A stretch of DNA of 64,000 nucleotides from Candidatus Latescibacterota bacterium (GTDB lineage: Bacteria; Latescibacterota; UBA2968), in the NCBI GenBank assembly GCA_965207885.1, contig OZ242311.1:5312001-5376000 (forward strand), read 5' to 3'. Both the position numbers and the translations under genes were made by a program. Position 1 is the first letter of the stretch. Every line of letters starts with the position of its first letter. Positions 11,148-20,667 of the stretch are shown in pieces. The notes beneath the pieces are model-generated. The model had not been told where the DNA came from and searched no databases. It saw only the letters and a list, made by a program, of their open reading frames with translations.

Positions 11148-11969
11148 CTACTCCTCTGAGACATTCACATCCTCTTTGGGAAGCGCGTCCTCTGTACATA
11201 TCGAATCCAAGAATGGGTAAGATATGTGGTTTCGTTTTGCCTCGCGTCTTAAACGGAGTTGATAGAGTTCCTGCACACAACGCGCTTTTGTAGCTTCATC
11301 GAGCACAGCGAGGCAGTGTTGTTGAATATAGTACAGCGCATAGCCCGTTTCCACTTTTATGGGACCAATCACCTCACCTACCTCAGCGGCAAATAATAGG
11401 GACGCAACTTCAGCGGGCAAGTCTCGTCGGCTCTGGCGACCGAGATAACCACTTGCAGGGCGCGTGTGCTCATCGAGGGAATATTGACGCGCGAGGGTGT
11501 GAAAATCTCGCCCACCATCCTTGATCTGCATCGCAATCTCTTCGGCAATGTCCTGTTCATTGACCAGAATCCAGCATATTTCCCGACGTTCAGACGCCAG
11601 TTTCTGGCTTGCAAAATGCGTTTGAATCGCTTCAGTAGTGATTTGCGCTTTCAAACGCTCCTGGAGCATCTGATATTCAATTTCCCGTGCCATGTCAGTG
11701 AAGGTGATATTGCGTTGTGATAACCAGTTTTCCGTATCTTCAACACTTTCCAATCTGTTTTTGTACCGCCATTGGTCTATCCCCTTTTGCAGTTCATTTT
11801 GAGGAATTTTAATTTTTTCTCGTTGGGCGATTTGAAAGACCAGACCGCGTTGCGTAAAGAGCTCGTGCAAGCTGTCCTTGTTAGTCGCCCGCATTGATTT
11901 CACGATATGGGACAAGCGAATTTGTGTCTCGTTTATTTGAATGATGACGGGGTCAATTGAATTTGCCAT
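11148..11969 (-). CDS. PpiC/rotamase-type peptidyl-prolyl isomerase associated with a peptide export cluster
   Basis: F..LARQYSLD..T....GYLG...R..LP and GEVIGPIK rotamase signature. Resembles PPIases that accompany PCAT/HlyD bacteriocin clusters. Confidence 0.82.
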   Translation of the reverse strand: MANSIDPVIIQINETQIRLSHIVKSMRATNKDSLHELFTQRGLVFQIAQREKIKIPQNELQKGIDQWRYKNRLESVEDTENWLSQRNITFTDMAREIEYQMLQERLKAQITTEAIQTHFASQKLASERREICWILVNEQDIAEEIAMQIKDGGRDFHTLARQYSLDEHTRPASGYLGRQSRRDLPAEVASLLFAAEVGEVIGPIKVETGYALYYIQQHCLAVLDEATKARCVQELYQLRLRREAKRNHISYPFLDSICTEDALPKEDVNVSEE

Positions 11970-11970
11970 T

Positions 11971-13320
11971 TTATTTTTCAGCCTCTGGAGAAAGCGCGGC
12001 CAGGTCGCGCAATTGCCGCAGTGGATTGAGTGCGAGCATCAAAATGGACTGGCGGTCTGTTATGATTTCTGCCGCGCCCTTCATGCCAAACATAAATGCT
12101 TTTTCCTCGCCGTGTACAAGAATGGTCGTGTACTCCAGATCAATAATGCCTCTAAACACAGTTCCCGAACCGTCATCGCCCATTGCGTCAGGTGAAATCT
12201 GTCTCAAATAGCCGTGCTGGATGCCGTAGTCCTGAAATGGAAATGCTTCAAATTTGAGCTTTACCTTTTGTCCAGATGACAGCAGGCCCACGTCTTTATT
12301 TAATATCAGGGCTTCGGCTACAATCGGCGTCGAGGCCGGTGCAATAGTTACCAGTGTCTGGCCTTTATTGACCACTTGACCTGGTGTATTGACCAGAACT
12401 TGTGTGACGATTCCCGGTTCAGGTGCAAGAATTAGATCGATGTCTGCATCAACAGATCGATTAACCGTTTGTTTCGCTTGTTTGAGTCTGATTTCTGCAA
12501 TGTCATAAGCATTTTGGAAGTTTGCCCGAGTGCGTTCGAGTTCGAGTCGTTCTTCGAGAATTTGGCGTTTTAAGTCCTTTAGGGAAACCTCATAACGATT
12601 GATCTCTGCCATCCGCGCGGGCAGTTCTGCCAATGCGCTCAGATAGCGGACTTTGGCTTCATCGCGTGCCGCAAGGCTGATGAGTCTCTTTTCGTACAAT
12701 TTTTGGTTTTGTTCATATTGTTGTTTCAAATGTTCTACTTCTGCGGAACGGAATTGTATTTCGATCTCAAGGTCGGGGGGTTGAGACGTTTCTGTGTGTT
12801 TTCCAAGTGCTTCCCGGTAGGTCTGCATTGCTGTTTGCATGACGTGAACGCGATGCTCAAGCGCGGAGATGGTCTCTTTTGCCAAAATTCTTTTTTGCGG
12901 CAGGGTTTGTTGCAGATCAAATTCTGCTTTTTTGAATGCGATTTCTGCTTGTTCCAGTTCGCGGAACTCCTTGAGGGTTTCTTGCGAGCGGAGTCTGAAT
13001 AAGATCTGCCCTTCAGCAATCAGGTCCCCCGAATGGATAGCGATTTCCTGGATTTCGCCAGAACGCGGTGCCTGGATGTTCTGAACCTTTCCCAATGGGA
13101 CCAGACGAAATGGGGCTGTTGCGACAACATCGACCTGACCGTACCAGGCCCATGCTATGGAGATGGCAATAAAAAGCAGCAGAATATAAATAAGCGCGCG
13201 GCTGAAAAAAGGGTGTAATGATCCTAAAAACTCGATGGTGCTTTCGGCCAAATCCGTTTCGTTTTCAAGCGGTTTTTCGCGTGGTTCTATTGGCAATTTT
13301 TCAATTTGAGCTTCGGCCAT
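11971..13320 (-). CDS. HlyD family type I secretion membrane fusion protein
   Basis: N-terminal TM helix, coiled-coil middle, ILAPEPG, LKFEAFPFQDYG, GMKGAAEIIT. Confidence 0.92.
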   Translation of the reverse strand: MAEAQIEKLPIEPREKPLENETDLAESTIEFLGSLHPFFSRALIYILLLFIAISIAWAWYGQVDVVATAPFRLVPLGKVQNIQAPRSGEIQEIAIHSGDLIAEGQILFRLRSQETLKEFRELEQAEIAFKKAEFDLQQTLPQKRILAKETISALEHRVHVMQTAMQTYREALGKHTETSQPPDLEIEIQFRSAEVEHLKQQYEQNQKLYEKRLISLAARDEAKVRYLSALAELPARMAEINRYEVSLKDLKRQILEERLELERTRANFQNAYDIAEIRLKQAKQTVNRSVDADIDLILAPEPGIVTQVLVNTPGQVVNKGQTLVTIAPASTPIVAEALILNKDVGLLSSGQKVKLKFEAFPFQDYGIQHGYLRQISPDAMGDDGSGTVFRGIIDLEYTTILVHGEEKAFMFGMKGAAEIITDRQSILMLALNPLRQLRDLAALSPEAEK

Positions 13321-13358
13321 TGAAATTCCGTTTTTTGTAATGTGTTAGCACGCTCGCG

Positions 13359-16325
13359 TTACACGACCTGCAATTGTTGTCCCGATAGATTGCAATAAAG
13401 TCCTTGTTCTGCGATGAGTGTATCGTGCGTGCCCTGTTCAATAATGTTCCCGTCATCCAGTACAAGGATCAAATCCGCATCTTTTACTGTGCTCACCCGG
13501 TGGGCGATGATAAACGCGGTCTTACCTTCCAGCATGGTGTCTAACCCTTCCTGAATCGCTCGCTCGGACTCTGTATCCAGAGCATTGGTGGCCTCATCAA
13601 AGATGATAATTTTGGGGTCGCCATATAGTGCTCTGGCAATGGACAGGCGTTGTCGCTGACCACCGGAAAGTCCCACACCCTGTTCCCGAATTTTGGTTTC
13701 ATATCCCATTGGCAGGTCTTTGATAAAGTCGTGGGCATAAGCGAGTTTGGAAACTTCCATCAAACGATCCATATCGACATCTTTGACCCCTATGGCGATA
13801 TTTTCGGTGATGGTGGCATTGAACATGACGGGTTCTTGCAAAACCATCCCCACCTGACGCCGCAACCATCCAGGATCAAATTCGCGCAGGTCTGTGTCAT
13901 CGAGGGTAACGCACCCCTCTGTGGGATCAAATAGTCGGGGTATGAGTTTTACCAGTGTTGTCTTGCCCGCACCGCTACGGCCTACTATGGCTACTTTCTG
14001 GCCGGACGATATGTCCAAATTTATGTCGCTTAAGACATAAGGTTCTGTCGATCCCGATCCATACCGGAAGAATACATCGTCAAATGCGATGTGTCCTTCT
14101 ACGTCTGTGAGTTGAACCGAATAGTTGCGGTTGCGCGATGACTCGGTTCGCATATCGTAGATATCGTTTAATCGGTCCAGCCCCATTTTTGCCAGTTGAA
14201 TCTGCGGCCACAGGTTAATCAATCCCATAATTGGTCCCAATACCCTGCCACTGAGCATATTGAATGCGATTAGTTGACCGACAGATAAGTCGCCCTGAAT
14301 GACCAGGTTCGCGCCATACCAGAGCACGATGGTGCTGCCCAAAACATTGTTTAGCTGTCCAAAAGACCCAAATAGCATATTTGTTTTGATTGCAGTAAAA
14401 CCAATTTTTATTTCCTGGGTCAAGCGTTCTTCCCAGGACCATCGCGTGGATTTTTCGACTGCGAGGGTTTTTATGACTTCAATGCCGCGTAGAGAATCAA
14501 TGAGTAAGGATGACCATTCTGAGCGGGCGAGAAAAGAGCGCTGGTTGATGGACTTGAGGATTGGGGTGTAGATTAAGGTCAGGATAATGCTAAACGGTAT
14601 GAATGCCAGAACATAGAGTGTCAAAGTGGTGTGGTAATAGAACATCAAGCCCAGATAGACAAAGATCATGATTGCATCAAGGACGGCTGAAATAGCCGTT
14701 TCTGTCAACAAGCTCCTCAAGTATTGGCTCTCTCGAAATCGCGTCATGATTTCACCGGTTCTGCGGAGGGCGAAAAACCGCATGGGCAGACGGAGGAGAT
14801 GGTGGTAGATGTGTGATAACATCGAGATGCTGATGCGCGCTCCCACATATCCAATCAGGTAGTTGCGCAGTGATGATGTGGCGATCCGAAATAAGGTGAT
14901 GATGATCATGCCTAAGAGCAGGAGATTGAGCAGACTATTATCCTGGTGAACGAGGACTTGATCGAGGATCATCTGGGTGAACAGAGGAGAAGCAAGGCCA
15001 AAGAGGTTCAGTACAAGGGAGGCGATCAGGATTTCGATGAGAATGCCGAGGTATGGACGGGCGAGTGGGAAAAACCGCCTGAACGATGATTTTCTTCCCC
15101 TGTATCTTGCGACCTTGTCGGTGTATTCAAGTATTAAGGCGAGTTTGGACCACTTGTCTTCAAATTCTTTGCGGGAGATTTTTCGGCGTCCAAGTGCAGG
15201 GTCGGCGATCCATGCGTATTTTGAACTGATGCGATACAGAACGACAAAGTGATAGCCTTCCCAGTGTGCGATAAGCGGCAGGTCTCTTTCTCCGATTTCA
15301 CTGTATCCAATCCGCACGCCGCGCGTTAAAAAGCCCAGGTTTTCAGCGGCTTCGGCAAGTGCGGATAGGGATGTGCCTTCCCGCGAGACATTGGCCATGT
15401 CTCGAAGTCGGTTTAATCCAATGGATTGTCCATAATATTGACAGATCATGCCGAGGCAGGCCGCGCCGCAATCGGTCTCATCGTGTTGCTTGATGTAGGG
15501 AAATGTGATGTAATTTCGCAGTTTTCGAGGGCTTTGATCAGAGATGCTATTTTCAGGCTCGATTTCTATTGTTTTAATTCGACCATTTTGCGGCACTGTC
15601 TCGCGCGGCTCTTCTTGTTCATTTTTCTCGAAGATCCGAATGAGTTGGGGAGCACTTTCAAGCACTCTGGCAAAGTCGCTGTGCGAAAGGGTGTAGAGCA
15701 CGACTTCTGTTTCTGTTTCAATAGTGATTTCATCACACTGCATGCCGCTAAAAAAGTCGCCCGGCTTTAACCTTTTGGAAGGCTGGTTCCCCTCTCTCAA
15801 CTGCAAGGTTCCGCGGCCAATGAGATAGAGTTTTTTTGCTTCTTCATCCTGCCATACTGCTTTTTCTCCTTCCGCAATAACCTTCCGCGCCAGACATTGG
15901 AAAAAGAGCTGCATAACCTCCTGGAGGTTTACGGTGTCCAGCGCTATGAATTTTGTGAAGTTTCGATAGGCGATGTCTCGCACTTGATCGAGCAGGTATG
16001 GAGTCAGTTCCCGATGCTCTGATACGAGGGCGTGAAAGTTGCCCTGAGAAATTTTCAGTACGATTGAGGATTCAACCGCTCGAACCGTTGCCCTGCGCGG
16101 TTTGCCCGTGAGCAATGCGCCTTCTCCGCAATGGTCGCCGGGAAAGAGATAACCGAGGGTCTGCATCTCATCATTGCTGTCTCTCGTTAAAACCCTGAGT
16201 TGCCCGGATACGACATAGTAAAAGCAATCGCCCCTGTCGCCTTCATAAAACAAAACCTCTCCGAGATTGACCTGCATTTCCTCTGCATGAGGTCTCAGAG
16301 AGGCATATAGATCGGTTCGTTTCAT
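13359..16325 (-). CDS. peptidase-containing ABC transporter (PCAT): 2 x cNMP-binding + C39 peptidase + ABC TMD + NBD
   Basis: cNMP motifs (GEGALL...PRRATV). C39 triad intact: QHDETDCGAAC, HWEGYHFVV, ADP. Walker A GRSGAGKT, signature LSGGQRQR, DEAT. Confidence 0.95.
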   Translation of the reverse strand: MKRTDLYASLRPHAEEMQVNLGEVLFYEGDRGDCFYYVVSGQLRVLTRDSNDEMQTLGYLFPGDHCGEGALLTGKPRRATVRAVESSIVLKISQGNFHALVSEHRELTPYLLDQVRDIAYRNFTKFIALDTVNLQEVMQLFFQCLARKVIAEGEKAVWQDEEAKKLYLIGRGTLQLREGNQPSKRLKPGDFFSGMQCDEITIETETEVVLYTLSHSDFARVLESAPQLIRIFEKNEQEEPRETVPQNGRIKTIEIEPENSISDQSPRKLRNYITFPYIKQHDETDCGAACLGMICQYYGQSIGLNRLRDMANVSREGTSLSALAEAAENLGFLTRGVRIGYSEIGERDLPLIAHWEGYHFVVLYRISSKYAWIADPALGRRKISRKEFEDKWSKLALILEYTDKVARYRGRKSSFRRFFPLARPYLGILIEILIASLVLNLFGLASPLFTQMILDQVLVHQDNSLLNLLLLGMIIITLFRIATSSLRNYLIGYVGARISISMLSHIYHHLLRLPMRFFALRRTGEIMTRFRESQYLRSLLTETAISAVLDAIMIFVYLGLMFYYHTTLTLYVLAFIPFSIILTLIYTPILKSINQRSFLARSEWSSLLIDSLRGIEVIKTLAVEKSTRWSWEERLTQEIKIGFTAIKTNMLFGSFGQLNNVLGSTIVLWYGANLVIQGDLSVGQLIAFNMLSGRVLGPIMGLINLWPQIQLAKMGLDRLNDIYDMRTESSRNRNYSVQLTDVEGHIAFDDVFFRYGSGSTEPYVLSDINLDISSGQKVAIVGRSGAGKTTLVKLIPRLFDPTEGCVTLDDTDLREFDPGWLRRQVGMVLQEPVMFNATITENIAIGVKDVDMDRLMEVSKLAYAHDFIKDLPMGYETKIREQGVGLSGGQRQRLSIARALYGDPKIIIFDEATNALDTESERAIQEGLDTMLEGKTAFIIAHRVSTVKDADLILVLDDGNIIEQGTHDTLIAEQGLYCNLSGQQLQVV

Positions 16326-16358
16326 GATGTTTTCCAGCCCCGCTTTGCATAAAGTCTT

Positions 16359-16931
16359 TTACTCAGCTTCAAATACACGCCACTTTGAGTCGGGTGACTT
16401 CTTGAGCACTGTCTTGTCCGAAAGCAGAACCTGAAATATGTATCGACTGCCATTAACAGGCATCTGTGCATGGACTGAATAGCAACGCCGGCACGCCTTT
16501 ATCTTGATCTCTGTGTCACAGGGGATACAGTCCATGTGTCCTGAAGGGTTTCTTTTACATCGCAGGCACTCAATTTGTTCGATCAGGTTTTTGTTCCGTT
16601 CCTGGTATTTCACCAACTCGCCAGGAGCTATCATGGCACCTATATACTCCAGACCTGCAGAGTGACACTCTTTGCAGTACCATCCTGAAAAGTCGCCGTA
16701 CACGAGTTGACAATTACCACATATGGAAATGTACTCCACATCTGGCTCGCGATTCTCAAAACGCCTGAAGTATGCCAGAATATCGGCCTTATCATCATCG
16801 GACAATTTCTCAAATGGCTGTAGTTTGGATCCACACTCCTGGCAGGGGTCGCCAAAGAAACGTTTTGCCCAGAGACCACCAATTCCCAGGACTACAATAA
16901 TGAGAATGGTCAAAATAATAAACGCTTCCAC
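16359..16931 (-). CDS. membrane-anchored Cys-rich protein with six CxxC motifs (probable multi-zinc-ribbon)
   Basis: N-terminal hydrophobic helix. CQEC, CGNC, CKEC(H), CLRC, CIPC, CRRC. Confidence 0.65.
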   Translation of the reverse strand: MEAFIILTILIIVVLGIGGLWAKRFFGDPCQECGSKLQPFEKLSDDDKADILAYFRRFENREPDVEYISICGNCQLVYGDFSGWYCKECHSAGLEYIGAMIAPGELVKYQERNKNLIEQIECLRCKRNPSGHMDCIPCDTEIKIKACRRCYSVHAQMPVNGSRYIFQVLLSDKTVLKKSPDSKWRVFEAE

Positions 16932-17074
16932 AGTAGGGTCCTCTTGTCAGTGTTTATTGCTATGTCCTCTGCCCTACGGGTTTTCGTCTCTATCCATCTG
17001 TGTCCATCTGCATAAAACGCTCAAATGGACCGCTGCGCAATTATACACCGTTCACTCGCGTTTTTTTTGCGGAT

Positions 17075-18430
17075 CTATTCAATCAATTCTTTGACATCGT
17101 GAATGCGAATATCAACCTCAGGCAAGTGTTTATTCAGAATGTCTATGATGTAATCTTTCGGACCGAGAAAAAGCATGATCATATTCTCCTGTACAAAGAA
17201 TTTTTCGAGAAAAGCTCGCACCTCAACATCGGTGACGGAATCATAACCGCCTTTGTGAGTTGGCGAATTATAGATGGCTTGATATACCTCATTGTCCAGT
17301 CTTCGCTGTAGTGTCAACAACTCATGAGCATAGATGACATTGCGACTTTCACGCAACTCTTTTATTGCCGCCCAAAAGCGGGGATTGTCGGGCAGTTTTC
17401 GGATGAAATCGGACATTTTTACGATCAACGCTTCACTATTATGGAATTGAGGATCAGCAAAAATTTCAAGAAACATGATTCCCTCTGATGATGACAAATT
17501 GCAAGAAGGGCCATAGACCAATCCCAACTCTTCTCTGAAATGTGTATTGAGCAAGCCTTGAGTACCATATCGTACAAGTATCCTGGATATCATTTTTGGA
17601 ATATAGCTCTCTTCTTTTTCTAAATTTCCACAAGGTATCAGCCAAAAACAAAAAATACTTTTTACGCCTGAAAAATTAAATACAAAAGCTGTAGGACCGA
17701 TATTATAATCCGTTATTGGAAATTTCGGTGAATGCACAAACCCCCCTGCCTGTCCGTGTTGCAGCAAGTGGGTCTCTCGCTTTTCTATAACTGGACGAAG
17801 TAGTTTCGAGATCTCAGTAGAATCGAGGTCTGAAATCACCTTAAAAAACACCACGTCTGTTTTCAGCAGTTGATCATAATATTGCGTGATGTCCTTAAGC
17901 GAGAGATTTTTGAGCGTTTTTAAAGATATATGTTTCTTTATGCCTTTTGTTTTTGAAAGTGCAAAATTTTTTATAAACGTATAATCCCGCAGGTAAGCCC
18001 GGTAATCAGCAACCAGCCCTTTTTTTATATCTTGTAATTCAGACTCAGAAAACTCGAGATTATATATGAAATCGCGGACTATTTTTATAGATCTGCCACT
18101 ATTCTCAGATAAGCCATAAATGGATATTGTTCGGTATAGGGTATTAGTAGTGATATTCAGACGAGTACCTAATGCTTCTAATTGATCCATATACCCCTGC
18201 TTTTGGACAGCCTTCCAGATCAATTGTGAGACTACCATTGCAAGCCCAGCTTGATATGGCTGTTCCGCACCGCTCCCAGCTCCGAGGAAGATAATCTCAA
18301 TTTTGGTCAATGGCGCGCGTTTGTCCTGGCGATAAAAAATTTGGTGGTTAGGTATCTCTGCAAAAGCGGGCAGGATACTAACCACGCAGCACAGAGCAAA
18401 ATTAAGTATCACTTTCAGAAACATATTCAT
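17075..18430 (-). CDS. M16 peptidase, non-catalytic subunit, with signal peptide
   Basis: M16 features (GSGAE...AGLA; FREELGLVYG) without HxxEH. N-terminal Sec-like signal ending PAFA. Confidence 0.75.
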   Translation of the reverse strand: MNMFLKVILNFALCCVVSILPAFAEIPNHQIFYRQDKRAPLTKIEIIFLGAGSGAEQPYQAGLAMVVSQLIWKAVQKQGYMDQLEALGTRLNITTNTLYRTISIYGLSENSGRSIKIVRDFIYNLEFSESELQDIKKGLVADYRAYLRDYTFIKNFALSKTKGIKKHISLKTLKNLSLKDITQYYDQLLKTDVVFFKVISDLDSTEISKLLRPVIEKRETHLLQHGQAGGFVHSPKFPITDYNIGPTAFVFNFSGVKSIFCFWLIPCGNLEKEESYIPKMISRILVRYGTQGLLNTHFREELGLVYGPSCNLSSSEGIMFLEIFADPQFHNSEALIVKMSDFIRKLPDNPRFWAAIKELRESRNVIYAHELLTLQRRLDNEVYQAIYNSPTHKGGYDSVTDVEVRAFLEKFFVQENMIMLFLGPKDYIIDILNKHLPEVDIRIHDVKELIE

Positions 18431-18549
18431 TGGTCTTTCGAGAGAACTTCCTACGTAAATTTTTTATCTATAAACAGTGTGACAAGACCACCCAGCAGCG
18501 TTAGAAAATCTACGCCTGTCAATATCATAATTCCATAGTGTAAGGATGT

Positions 18550-19887
18550 TCACGGAGGTGACATTTTCTTTTTTGACACCGTTAGAGAATAGGTTATGGA
18601 ATTGTCATCCGTCATGTACTGGTCTATAATGCGAGGGATGTCTTCTCTGCGAATGGATTTGAGGTCTTTTATCAATTTGGGATATAGGAGGGGATCGTTG
18701 GCGTGGGCAAATGCCTGTCCAAATGAATAAGCCATGTTTGAACGGTTGTAAAATGCGGAATACATTGTGGTCAACTGCTGGTTTCGAGCCGTATTGAGTT
18801 CTGCGTCGGAGATGGATTTCAGATTCTCCAACTCTTTGCTGATCATGTTCTGGAACCTATTTCTGGACGTATCATAGGGTAGTTCTGCATAGCAATGCAT
18901 CAAGCTAAATCCTTTATAGCTGCTGAGTTCCACCTGAAAAACACTTGCGAGCTTAGAACCAACGACGGTAGATCGCAAAGAATTTGAGGACTTATCCAAG
19001 ATATAGTCCAGAATAAGCAGGCCAGCGTAGTCGCGATGTCCTAAATTGGGTGTGTACCAGCCCTTTCTGAATATAGTAACAATGAGATTTTTTAAAGTGT
19101 GTTTTAATCTTTTTCCGAGCACTTCACGGTTCGGATATTGGGGAGAATACGGTTTGCTCGGTATTTGCTCATTGCCATAAGCTTCGTCCAATTTTTTCAA
19201 GACCTGGTCAACATCCACATCGCCGATCACGACAATCAGTCTCTTTTGACGGCGCAGAAAATTCTCATAATACGCTTTCAAATCATCAGATTCGAGTTGT
19301 GTAATAAAAGCCTCAGTACCAAGGTCATTAAAATTCTTTTTTTTGTAAATTAAAGAAAAAAAAGAATTCTTGTGTCTAAGTTTTAAACTTGATAATCTAT
19401 GACTTCTTTCCGTCAGTACGATTTTCTTTTCTTTTTTTATAATTTCCTCATTGATCACTGTGTTGTAATATCTTTCCGAATCTATCTTAACCGCGAGATC
19501 AAACTTATCCTTCGGAAATTTTAGTATAAAGCATGTAAAATGATAATCAGTAAAGGCTTTTTGTTCTCCTTCATTATCTGCGATAATTTGATTGAGTTTC
19601 CCCGGCGCATAGCTGCCAATGCCCGCTATGACATGCTCTAAAAAATGTATCCGTCCTTGTTGACCTTCCTCTTCATCTGCCGAGCCAGCATCATAAAAGG
19701 TATGGTATTCAAAGGTTGGGATTGTTCGATCTACAACAATAACAGCGTCGAGGTTGGGATTGATGGTATAATATTGCGCGACGAGTTCTTCAGATAATGT
19801 GGCTGTGCCAACAAGATCGTAGGCAACGCAAATGCCCGTTGGCAAGACGCATACAAGGAATGAGGTGAGTGCGTAAGTTTTCATCAT
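18550..19887 (-). CDS. M16 (pitrilysin/insulinase) zinc peptidase, catalytic subunit, with signal peptide
   Basis: AGSADE...G.IHFLEH inverted zinc motif, EKKIVLTE. Hydrophobic N-terminus. Confidence 0.85.
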   Translation of the reverse strand: MMKTYALTSFLVCVLPTGICVAYDLVGTATLSEELVAQYYTINPNLDAVIVVDRTIPTFEYHTFYDAGSADEEEGQQGRIHFLEHVIAGIGSYAPGKLNQIIADNEGEQKAFTDYHFTCFILKFPKDKFDLAVKIDSERYYNTVINEEIIKKEKKIVLTERSHRLSSLKLRHKNSFFSLIYKKKNFNDLGTEAFITQLESDDLKAYYENFLRRQKRLIVVIGDVDVDQVLKKLDEAYGNEQIPSKPYSPQYPNREVLGKRLKHTLKNLIVTIFRKGWYTPNLGHRDYAGLLILDYILDKSSNSLRSTVVGSKLASVFQVELSSYKGFSLMHCYAELPYDTSRNRFQNMISKELENLKSISDAELNTARNQQLTTMYSAFYNRSNMAYSFGQAFAHANDPLLYPKLIKDLKSIRREDIPRIIDQYMTDDNSITYSLTVSKKKMSPP

Positions 19888-19969
19888 GTTTGATACTCAG
19901 CAAAGTTGGGAATGGCTGCCTCGCCTATATATATCTGGATACATTCTTGCACTGCACAGTATAAAATCT

Positions 19970-20002
19970 GAAGGTTCTTCCAGCAGGCCTGAAAGAACCT
20001 TC
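19970..20002 (-). terminator. 14-bp stem-loop downstream of the double-glycine precursor (terminator or mRNA-stabilising hairpin)
   Basis: Minus strand GAAGGTTCTTTCAG-GCCTG-CTGGAAGAACCTTC, with one G:U pair. Confidence 0.6.
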
Positions 20003-20059
20003 TTAGTCATGTAATCCCTGAGAAACCGGACTATGTAGTGTTAAACGTGTACAATGGTA

Positions 20060-20656
20060 TCAGTTACCTACTCTCGTATTATCTTGTCCGGTTGTCTCAA
20101 ATCCATCAAAAAGTCCATTCTCATCCTCCTCACCCCCCTCATCATTGGTACCACAATTACCATCACAATTCTCATCATCACAATTCTCACAATTCTCATT
20201 ATCATCTTCTCCCTCACCTTCTCCCTCACCTTCTCCCTCACCACAATCCCCACTGTCGCCATCCTCTGGTCCTGCCATCTGATCACTATAAAAAAACTCC
20301 TCAGCAGCATCTGGATTAACAGGCTGGTTTATTTGCGTCCAGTCGGGTAACTGATCCCCTTCCCTATACATCTCGAGTGGTGATATCTGTGGTCCATTGT
20401 CCCCAAAATTAGGTGATGGTGGTAGCCCAGGTTCAGGAGAACCAAAAACAGAGGTGACAATATCCCAGATGGTAGGTCCCGTGTTCCAATCTATTGGGTC
20501 TTCATCTTTGCATTTACTTTTCCCCCCATCCCCACCCCGAGCCATGTTCATTTCTTGTATTGAAATGGTCTCGGAGAGGATAGAGAGCGGTTTACAAGTA
20601 AGTCCTGTAATGGATGTGGTGATACCTTCACTCTGTTCAGAAATATTTTTTGACAT
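20060..20656 (-). CDS. 198-aa acidic, Cys-containing double-glycine-leader protein (putative PCAT substrate / RiPP precursor)
   Basis: TAGGAG RBS. I31-S-x-x-E-M-x-x-A-R-G-G42 is in exact register with the LSxxELxxIxGG leader consensus. Acidic C-terminus with (GE)6 and an xNC-repeat segment. Confidence 0.75.
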   Translation of the reverse strand: MSKNISEQSEGITTSITGLTCKPLSILSETISIQEMNMARGGDGGKSKCKDEDPIDWNTGPTIWDIVTSVFGSPEPGLPPSPNFGDNGPQISPLEMYREGDQLPDWTQINQPVNPDAAEEFFYSDQMAGPEDGDSGDCGEGEGEGEGEGEDDNENCENCDDENCDGNCGTNDEGGEEDENGLFDGFETTGQDNTRVGN

Positions 20657-20667
20657 AATACTATCTC

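Noticed and set aside
20160-20245. Short tandem repeats as a possible CRISPR array
   Set aside because: These are 9-12-bp coding repeats without unique spacers, and no cas genes are present.
20038-20350. His-rich ORF 20038..20319 and Ile/Thr-rich ORF 20054..20350
   Set aside because: Antisense readings of the GAT/GAG/TGT repeat tail of the 198-aa protein. Only the minus-strand ORF has an RBS, a leader motif and operon orientation.
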